Shown here: piece after piece, positions 33,757 through 43,375 of the stretch | Layout: each line of letters opens with the position of its first letter | Position numbering within the stretch: position 1 is the first letter of the stretch | DNA from: Neoechinorhynchus agilis | Lineage: Eukaryota > Animalia > Acanthocephala | Direction of reading: 5' to 3' | Length of the DNA: 43,375 nt | NCBI GenBank assembly: GCA_051530055.1 | Contig: JBMGUZ010000019.1 | Span: 1-43,375, forward strand | Position numbers and translations under genes: made by a program | The notes under the pieces: generated by a model | The model's database searches: none | What the model saw: the letters and a program-made list of their open reading frames with translations, nothing else | What the model was told of the DNA's origin: nothing

Positions 33757-36700
33757 TTATTTATTCCGTCGAATCGGAAGACTGGTTGCTCTTTGGTGTA
33801 TTATAGGATCTGATATGACAGACGGACCAATTTCAGTACCGTATACAATAAGAGTCAAATTATCGAGCATAGCGAAATTTTTCCAAGCTCCTTAAAAAGT
33901 CAAACATGCACCTTCTGCTGGACCTCAAATGGGCCAACCTCTGAACTTATTCTTAACTTCTAGTCTCCACCTCCCTTCAGCTGATTCGCCCCAAAAATGC
34001 GTTGTCATAAGTCGCCAGTTTTTAAAGGGCCTATTCGATGTATCTTTCGGTCGGAATGTTAGTAAAGTTGAGTTAGTCCCCGAAGGAGATGTGATTGAAA
34101 AGCTTACATCACCCCGTCGAGGCGATCGCATACTAATCACGACTTCCACATGTTCCATAAATGAAACTTCATTGCGATGTTTTCGGCATCCATTAGTCCT
34201 GAATGATACTAGACTTGTACCAGGACTACTGATCTTCCTTAAATTCACTTGGATAAAAAAATATCCGCGGTTGACTTACTGTGTAGATATCTTTTTTGGA
34301 ATAATATGATAGACACATTTGTGTTGCTCTGGTAACTCAATCCATTCAGCAGCAAGTAAAGTTGCGTAGTCTGCATCTACAAGACCAAATCCAAAATATT
34401 GACTGACTAAAATTCGGATTAGATATTTACAAAAATGACAATTAAAGATTTCGCTAACTATACAATCCAGCCCCGTTTCTAATCCAGGTATCTGATCGGA
34501 TAAATTGCCATCTTGCAGATAAAACAAGTATATATTGAACGTCTCGCCAGGTCAAAAGCGGATTCGCTTCAATCATCAACGCTACTACACCTGCTACGAT
34601 AGGTGCACTTGCGGATGTTCCTTTATTTTATTGCATCCAAGGTTAGTTTACGAATAAAACATCGTACCTGAGTGCGATTCAGTGCATCCATGGTGAGTAT
34701 CAGTTGTTATAACCTTTTTTTCTAACAATGTGCCACTACTGTACGTCGAAACTAACGCAGCGGAGCACGATTCCGCGTACCAGGGCAAATCACCTTTCGA
34801 TTGCAGCTTAAAAATATTTTGCACTTGCGTTTTGACTATACCGTTCTCAGTGCAACTGCTGACTGTGATTGTATAAATACTATTCGCGTATCCATCACAT
34901 CCACAGTCGTCGCCTTCGCGCCCTCCATTCCCAGAAGCCCAAACATAAATGCTGCCACGACCCCTTCTACCCTAAAATCGTGATTTTATCATAAGAAAAT
35001 GTTTTAGTTTTGCAGCACCACCACCACTATATTGGTTGGAGCAGCGATTCCTCATGAATGCTCTCTTCTTTAAAGATATGTCGAATTTGTTCCACATCAT
35101 TATGACCTATGGGCTAGGCTAATAAAATCCCTAACCAATTCTACTTGTGTTTTTAGTAAAAATTAATTTTCAATCCATCTCTTAATCTCTTCTTGCGCTA
35201 AGATCCATGAAATTTTGTCAAAACTCAGTAAAGAGAAAATGATTGACGCCTATAATCAATTCGATAAATCGACAATATATGCGACAACTAAACCCATAGA
35301 TCAAATCTGACATTTATCCGTGGCGTGTTTGTTCTCAAGTATTGTTACTCATTTATTCTAAATCCACGTTGATTACTATGAAATTTAATGATGACATTTA
35401 GCAATCATTTGTATTTTGTGAAAAATGTACGTTTTGAACTTACCGTGCGGGCTCCTAGCTCCAATGCTACTCGAGTTAGTCTTCCTGGACCATCAACTGT
35501 CCTACCATTATCATCAGGCCCCCATGATGCACTGTATATATCAATCAAATTAGATCGAAACGACAATGCTTTGGCTTCAATTAAATCCGTCACATCGCCG
35601 TCTAACATTCTTATACCTAGTCTCTCTCTCAAGAAATGCGCTCTATCTTCAATTACGAAATGAACAAACCTCCAATTCGAGAGTTGTAAGCTACACCAAC
35701 TATGCATTCGTTGTTACCCGCTTCTGCCGCAACTTGGCCTGCACAGCGTGTTCCGTGTCTGGATAAATACAGTTTAATCTCCTAAACTGCATTGGTGCGC
35801 AGAAACTCACTTGTTTTCGCCCAGTCGGTCGTATCTAGGAGTTGGATCATAATCATTGTCGTTCAGATCAAAGCTAGCGAACGGCTCCTAAAAGATCTCT
35901 TTGAGTTCTTAATCAAATTTTGTATTGCCTACGTAATTCATCTGTAAATCAGGATGCGTGAGTTCTATTCCGTCGTCCAATATGGCAACTGTCACACCAC
36001 GACCAGTAAGACCGCGAGTCCAAGCTTTCTCAATGCTCATATCAGAACCGGTAACGTACTCAGAATTCTGCGAAATAAATATAGTTATCAATTTCCAATT
36101 ATTAGGTCTTTCATAATTTCCAAAATATTCAAATAAAATTCATATTAGTAAGCAACACACACACACACCGTTAAATTAGCAGAATGGTGGTCGATAAGAC
36201 TTGAATTATTGCGATTAAAGTAACGTATAGTGTAAAAATCTCGTGTTTTCTACAGAAAACGACTCTTTTTCGTGTTATGCTCTAGAAAGCAAGATTTAAT
36301 TTTTAAAAAAAAACTGATGAGTTCAGCCCATTAGGGAAACAAATCCATAAATATTATTTCCTTAGAAAACCAGGAATAATTACCATGTACCACATCTTAG
36401 CCCACTTGGGATCATCTACGTCCACTTTACGTTTAACCCGTTTTTTCGCCACTTGCAATTCGACCCATTCAACCTGAAAAATGAGAATTGACGATATTAA
36501 TTTTACAAAGGCTTACGTTTGATTCCTTGCTGAGTTTATCTACATCGTCCAAGATGGATCGTTTAGCCCTCCTTGGTTCCGTTTCGAGTACAAAATAATT
36601 AAGTCCATCAAAAATCTAAGTGGTTTCTAAAGTCCCTAAAAATAAGTAAATGAATGAGCACGCACCTTTGTAGCTTTGCAGAATCCATATTTTGCAGCGA

Positions 36701-36917
36701 TTTCATCAGCCTGTTTCTGGCCATCCCGAACCAGAACACTAATATTAAACGTGGATAACGCAGTTGTAGTCCGCGAAGTGAATACAACTCCAAACAGCAG
36801 TTGACAAACCGGAAACGCATTGAAAAGCGGGGGAGCAAATGATTGTCGTGTCAAGTGTAAATTAGGCAGTAAATACAGTAGTAGAAGTAGTCGCAGCGGC
36901 AGTAGACTATAAAACAT
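33757..36917 (-). CDS. Furin/PCSK-family proprotein convertase, 13 exons, 12 GT-AG introns (~30-480 nt), no Cys-rich or transmembrane tail
   Basis: Signal peptide; prodomain ending KKRVKR; [39 protein letters not shown]; P domain RRGD...MTTHFWGE; stop after LPIRRNK. Reconstructed exon by exon. Confidence 0.93.
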
Positions 36918-37099
36918 GGTGATGTTCACGTATGCAATAGATGCCTTTATAATTTGCTTGCATTCCCTGTCGTTCTAATATCATGATGTTCAGCACCCTC
37001 CTTAAAGTGCTAATGAACGCCGTACACGCACACCTTACGAGTACGCACTCCGTCAATCACATTTTTGCACCACAAAATATTTATATGTGTGAGCTCTAG

Positions 37100-37340
37100 A
37101 GAATATCGAGTGCATACGACAGTGAATTCCAGCAGACTTTTTCAACTGCTCGATCAAGATCCACAAGCAGGTCGCGTGCACTCTTCCTTAGACCCCTTAC
37201 GAAACTACTTTCACACAAATCCATCCACACCAAACTCCATGAATACGAACATTGTGGTCGTTTGAGCCCCGTGCCCCATTTTGCGACAATAAAACAGTAA
37301 ATTTCAAGCGACCTCCTATGAACTCGATCATAACTCAAAA
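37100..37340 (-). mobile_element. Degenerate LINE RT fragment (RTE-like)
   Basis: SFVRGLRKSARDLLVDLDRAVEKVCWNSLSYAL resembles GF..GR...D...DLEKAFD.V....L..AL. Confidence 0.4.
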
Positions 37341-37509
37341 GCAACTTATACTCTATCCAATATCTCTTTAGTACAATAATATCCTTTGTAGCGTAACATT
37401 TCGTGATCTCTGCAAAATACCCGAATTTATAGATAAAGAATTTGACTTTCTCATAGGGTGATAAATGATCTGCTCCAGACTTTGAAGAACAGAATATTGC
37501 ATATCCGTA

Positions 37510-40500
37510 TTAATCGTTGTCGAGGTTCCATACAAACATACGCAAAACAAAACCAAATATTTGAAGCGGCCTTATTAGTTACTTGCTCGATTAAAAAAAG
37601 CAACCTGAATTTGATGGATATGCTCGTAGGATAAATACCTACGGTCATTTACCCCGATCGAAGCGAAAATCCGACGAATACACGCATTGCAATCGTTGTT
37701 ACGGTAGCGTACAACCATTCGTAAAACAAAACCAAATATTTGAAGCGGACTGTTCAATTACATGTCGGATTTATAAACAAAAAGCAACGTGAATTTGATG
37801 CATATGCTCGTAGGATAAATACCTACGGTCATGTAACACGATCGAAGCGAAAATCCGACGAATACACGCATTGCAATCGTTGTTACGGTTGCGTACAACC
37901 ATTCGTAAAACAAAACCAAATATTTGAAGCGGACTGTTCAATTACGTGTCGGATTTATAAAAGCAACGTGAATTTGATGCATATGCTCGTAGGATAAATA
38001 CCTACGGTCATGTCAACACGATCGAAGCGAAAATCCGACGAATACACGCATTGCAATCGTTTTTACGGTTGCGTACAACCATTCGTAAAACAAAACCAAA
38101 TATTTGAAGCGGACTGTTCAATTACGTGTCGGATTTATAAAAGCAACGTGAATTTGATGCATATGCTCGTAGGATAAATACCTACGGTCATTTAACACGA
38201 TCGAAGCGAAAATCCGACGAATACACGCATTGCAATCGTTTTTACGGTTGCGTACAACCATTCGTAAAACAAAACCAAATATTTGAAGCGGACTGTTCAA
38301 TTACATGTCGGATTTATAAAAGCAACGTGAATTTGATGCATATGCTCGTAGGATAAATTCCTACGGTCATGTCAACACGATCGAAGCGAAAATCCGACGA
38401 ATACACGCATTGCAATCGTTGTTACGGTTGCGTACAACCATTCGTAAAACAAAACCAAATATTTGAAGCGGACTGTTCAATTACATGTCGGATTTATAAA
38501 CAAAAGCAACGTGAATTTGATGCATATGCTCGTAGGATAAATACCTACGGTCATGTCAACACGATCGAAGCGAAAATCCGACGAATACACGCATTGCAAT
38601 CGTTGTTACGGTTGCGTACAACCATTCGTAAAACAAAACCAAATATTTGAAGCGGACTGTTCAATTACATGTCGGATTTATAAATAAAAGCAACGTGAAT
38701 TTGATGCATATGCTCGTAGGATAAATACCTACGGTCATTTAACCCGATCGAAGCGAAAATCCGACGAATACGCGCATTGCAATTGTTACGGTTGCGTACA
38801 ACCATTCGTAAAACAAAACCAAATATTTGAAGCGGACTGTTCAATTACATGTCGGATTTATAAATAAAAGCAACGTGAATTTGATGCATATGCTCGTAGG
38901 ATAAATTCCTACGGTCATGTCAACACGATCGAATCGAAAATCCGACGAATACACGCATTGCAATCGTTGTTACGGTTGCGTACAACCATTCGTAAAACAA
39001 AACCAAATATTTGAAGCGGACTGTTCAATTACATGTCGGATTTATAAATAAAAGCAACGTGAATTTGATGCATATGCTCGTAGGATAAATACCTACGGTC
39101 ATGTCAACACGATCGAAGCGAAAATCCGACGAATACACGCATTGCAATCGTTGTTACGGTTGCGTACAACCATTCGTAAAACAAAACCAAATATTTGAAG
39201 CGGACTGTTCAATTACATGTCGGATTTATAAAAAAAAGCAACGTGAATTTGATGCATATGCTCGTAGTAAATTCCTACGGTCATTACACGATCGAAGCGA
39301 AAATCCGACGAATACGCGCATTGCAATCGTTGTACGGTTGCGTACAACCATTCGTAAAACAAAACCAAATATTTGAAGCGGACTGTTCAATTGTGTCGGA
39401 TTTATAAAAAAAAGCAACGTGAATTTGATGCATATGCTCGTAGGATAAATTCCTACGGTCATTTACCCCGATCGAAGCGAAAATCCGACGAATACACGCA
39501 TTGCAATCGTTGTTACGGTTGCGTACAACCATTCGCAAAACAAAACCAAATATTTGAAGCGGGCTGTTCAATTACATGTCGGATTTATAAATAAAAGCAA
39601 CGTGAATTTGATGCATATGCTCGTAGGATAAATACCTACGGTCATTTACCCCGATCGAAGCGAAAATCCGACGAATACACGCATTGCAATCGTTTTTACG
39701 GTTGCGTACAACCATTCGTAAAACAAAACCAAATATTTGAAGCGGACTGTTCAATTACATGTCGGATTTATAAACAAAAAGCAACGTGAATTTGATGCAT
39801 ATGCTCGTAGGATAAATTCCTACGGTCATGTCAACACGATCGAAACGAAAATCCGACGAATACACGCATTGCAATCGTTGTTACGGTTGCGTACAACCAT
39901 TCGTAAAACAAAACCAAATATTTGAAGCGGACTGTTCAATTACATGTCGGATTTATAAATAAAAGCAACGTGAATTTGATGCATATGCTCGTAGGATAAA
40001 TACCTACGGTCATTTACCCCGATCGAAGCGAAAATCCGACGAATACACGCATTGCAATCGTTTTTACGGTTGCGTACAACCATTCGTAAAACAAAACCAA
40101 ATATTTGAAGCGGACTGTTCAATTACATGTCGGATTTATAAACAAAAAGCAACGTGAATTTGATGCATATGCTCGTAGGATAAATTCCTACGGTCATGTC
40201 AACACGATCGAAGCGAAAATCCGACGAATACACGCATTGCAATCGTTGTTACGGTTGCGTACAACCATTCGTAAAACAAAACCAAATATTTGAAGCGGAC
40301 TGTTCAATTACATGTCGGATTTATAAACAAAAAGCAACGTGAATTTGATGCATATGCTCGTAGGATAAATACCTACGGTCATGTCAACACGATCGAAGCG
40401 AAAATCCGACGAATACACGCATTGCAATCGTTTTTACGGTTGCGTACAACCATTCGCAAACAAAACCAAATATTTGAAGCGGACTGTTCAATTACATGTC

Positions 40501-40958
40501 GGATTTATAAACAAAAAGCAACGTGAATTTGATGCATATGCTCGTAGGATAAATACCTACGGTCATTTACCCCGATCGAACCGAAAATCCGACGAATACA
40601 CGCATTGCAATCGTATTTGCGGTTGCGTACAACCATTCGTAAAACAAAACCAAATATTTGAAGCGGACTGTTCAATTACATGTCGGATTTATAAACAAAA
40701 AGCAACGTGAATTTGATGCATATGCTCGTAGGATAAATACCTACGGTCATTTACCCCGATCGAACCGAAAATCCGACGAATACACGCATTGCAATCGTAT
40801 TTGCGGTTGCGTACAACCATTCGTAAAACAAAACCAAATATTTGAAGCGGACTGTTCAATTACGTGTCGGATTTATAAACAAAAAGCAACGTGAATTTGA
40901 TGCATATGCTCGTAGGATAAATTCCTACGGTCATTTACCCCGATCGAAGCGAAAATCC
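37510..40958. repeat. Tandem satellite, 180-184-bp monomer, ~19 copies
   Basis: aaccaaatatttgaagcgg at 37551, 37730, 37914, 38094...; ends abruptly at gcgaaaatcc (40958). Confidence 0.95.
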
Positions 40959-43375
40959 ATAAGACCATTGAAATCAGCGCATCAGATATGCTCAAAATGC
41001 TTTTCTATTTCGTAGCAACTTTCGAGCACCACAGATTTAACTGAGGTGTCTTTTCTGAACCCCAATCCTAAAACTAAGTGTCTAAATTTAACAAGCAACA
41101 TCCAACCGTTATTGCAGGTGAATTCAGCGTAGCAAGTAGATCTAGAAAAGTTAATTTGATCTCAAATTGATTGATGCTTTAATATCAATAATCAAGGTTG
41201 TTGGTCTTAAAATGTAACAACAAAGAACTCAAGAACCATGACAGCTATCGCAAATCCGAATACAGATTTGGAATCAGCGCGTTAAGAGGTATAAAATTGG
41301 CTGAATCCGTACACTGCAGCTGTAATATTCGCATCGGAAATCGCATTGTCATATTTTGCAAATATTCACAAGAGAAAAAAATCACTAAATTTGCAAGATT
41401 CATTAAAACTAGATAACACCATTGAAATCAGCGCATTAGATATGTTCAAAATGTTTTTGTATTTTGTAACAACTTTCGAGCACTACAGATTTAACTCAGG
41501 TGTCTTTTATGAACTTCAATCTTAAACTAACAAGCAACATCAAACCGATATTGCAGGTGAATTCAGCGTCAAAAGTAGATCAAGAAAATTTAATTTGATC
41601 TTAAATTGATTGATGTTTTAATATCAATAATCAAGGTTGTTGGTCCTAAAATGTAACAACAAATAACTATAGAATAATGACAGCTATCGCAAATCCGAAA
41701 ACAGATTTGGAATCAACTCGTTAAGATGTACTAAATTAGCTGATTCCGTACACTACAGCTGAAATATTCGCATCGGAAATCGCATTATTATATTTTGCCG
41801 ATATTCACAAGAGGCAAAAATATCTAAATTTGCGAGATTCATTAAAATTAGATAACACCATTGAAATCAGCGCATCAGATATGCTCAAAATGTATTTTTA
41901 TTTCGTAACAACTTTCGAGCACTACAGATTTAACTGAGGTGTCTTTTATGAACGTCAATCCTAAAATTATGTGTCAAAATTTAATAAGCAACATCAAACC
42001 GTTATTGCATGTGAATTCAGCGTCAAAAGTATATCTAGAAAAGTTAATTTGATCTTAAATTGATTGATGTTTTAATATCAATAATCAAGGTAGTTGGTCT
42101 CAAAATGTAACAACAAAGAACTAAAGAACCATAATAGCTATTGCATATCCGAATACAGATTTGGAATCAGCGCGTTAAGATGTACTAAATTGGCTGATTC
42201 CGTACACTGCGGCCGTAATATTCGCATCGGAAATCGCATTGTAATATTTTTCCAAAACTCACAAAAGGGAAAAATCACAAAATTTGCAAGATTATTTAAA
42301 ATTAGATAACACCATTAAAATCAGCGCATCAGATATGCTCAAAATGTTTTTCTATTTAGTAGCAACTTTCGAGCACCACAGATTTAACTGAGGTGTCTTT
42401 TATGAACTTCAATCCTAAAACTAAATGTGTCAAATTTTAACAATGGCATCTAAAACTGATTACACAGGTGAATTCAGCGTAAAAAATAGATTGAGGTTAA
42501 TTTGATCTTAAATTGATTGATGTTTTCATATCAATAATCAAGGTAGTTGGTCTCAAAATGTTGCTCAAATAACAAGAAGCATGACAGCTATCGCAAATCC
42601 GAAAACAGATTTGGAATCGCGCGTTAGATGGCATAATTAACTGATTAGTACACTACAGCCGTAATATTCGCATCGGAAATCGCATTATAATATTTTGCCA
42701 ATATTCACAAGAGGGAAAAATCACTAAATTTGCAAGAATCATTAAAATCAGATAACACCATTGAAATCAGCGCATTAGATATGCTCAAAAATATGTTTTA
42801 CTAGTTCGTAACTACTTTCGAGCACAACAGATTTAACTTAGCTGTCTTTTATGAACTTCAATCCTAAAACTAAGTGTCAAAATTTAACAATCAACATGAA
42901 ACCGTTATTGCAGGTGAATTCGGCGTCAAAAGTAGATCTAGAAAAGTTAATTTGATCTTAAATTGATTGATATTTAAATATAAATAATCAAGGTAGTTGG
43001 TCTCAAAATGTAACAACAAATAACTCAAGAACCATGACAGCTGTCGCAAATCCGAAAACTGATTTGGAATCAGCGCGTTAAGATGTACTAAATTAGCTGA
43101 TTCCGTACACTACAGCCGTAATATTCGCATCGGAAATCGCATTATTGTGCATAATGTTATAGAGGAAAAATCTCACAGACACAAAGATCATTGTATCGAA
43201 TATTTAACCGGGAAATCATTAGATATGCTCAAAATGTTTTACTAGTTCGTAACTACTTTCGAGCACAACAGATTTAACTTAGCTGTCTTTTATGAACTTC
43301 AATCCTAAAACTAAGTGTCAAAATTTGACAAGCAACACCAAACCGTTATTGCAGGTGAATTCAGCGTCAAAAGTA
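40959..43375. repeat. AT-rich diverged tandem satellite, ~440-455-bp monomer, >5 copies, runs off window end
   Basis: accatt(g/a)aaatcagcgcat at 40964, 41418, 41857, 42311, 42757. Confidence 0.93.

Overview
AT-rich nuclear DNA of an animal (standard code, short GT-AG introns); the species cannot be named from sequence alone. A small gene island sits between satellite arrays: ~223-bp units at the left end, ~184-bp and ~450-bp units at the right end. Recognisable genes are ZC3HC1/NIPA-like (-), AP2M1 (+), CHMP1A (+), LSM12 (+), TICRR/Treslin-like (+) and a furin-type proprotein convertase (-, 12 canonical introns). They are interspersed with Penelope-like (PLE) remnants carrying minimal hammerhead ribozymes, five CRE-type non-LTR remnants, other LINE debris, a TA-flanked MITE and foldback palindromes. 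Main observation: the open frames of AP2M1, CHMP1A, TICRR and ZC3HC1 are broken by mutually unrelated 55-268-nt inserts. Each is closed by an inverted repeat at its ends and starts with TA; three also end in a second TA. Removing insert plus one TA restores the frame and the homologous protein register without GT-AG ends. This suggests structure-defined non-canonical introns or IES-like DNA elimination coexisting with ordinary spliceosomal introns. CHMP1A has no good canonical solution; the other three do have canonical alternatives, so RNA and DNA reads are decisive. Protein identifications rest on motifs recalled from memory, not on database searches.
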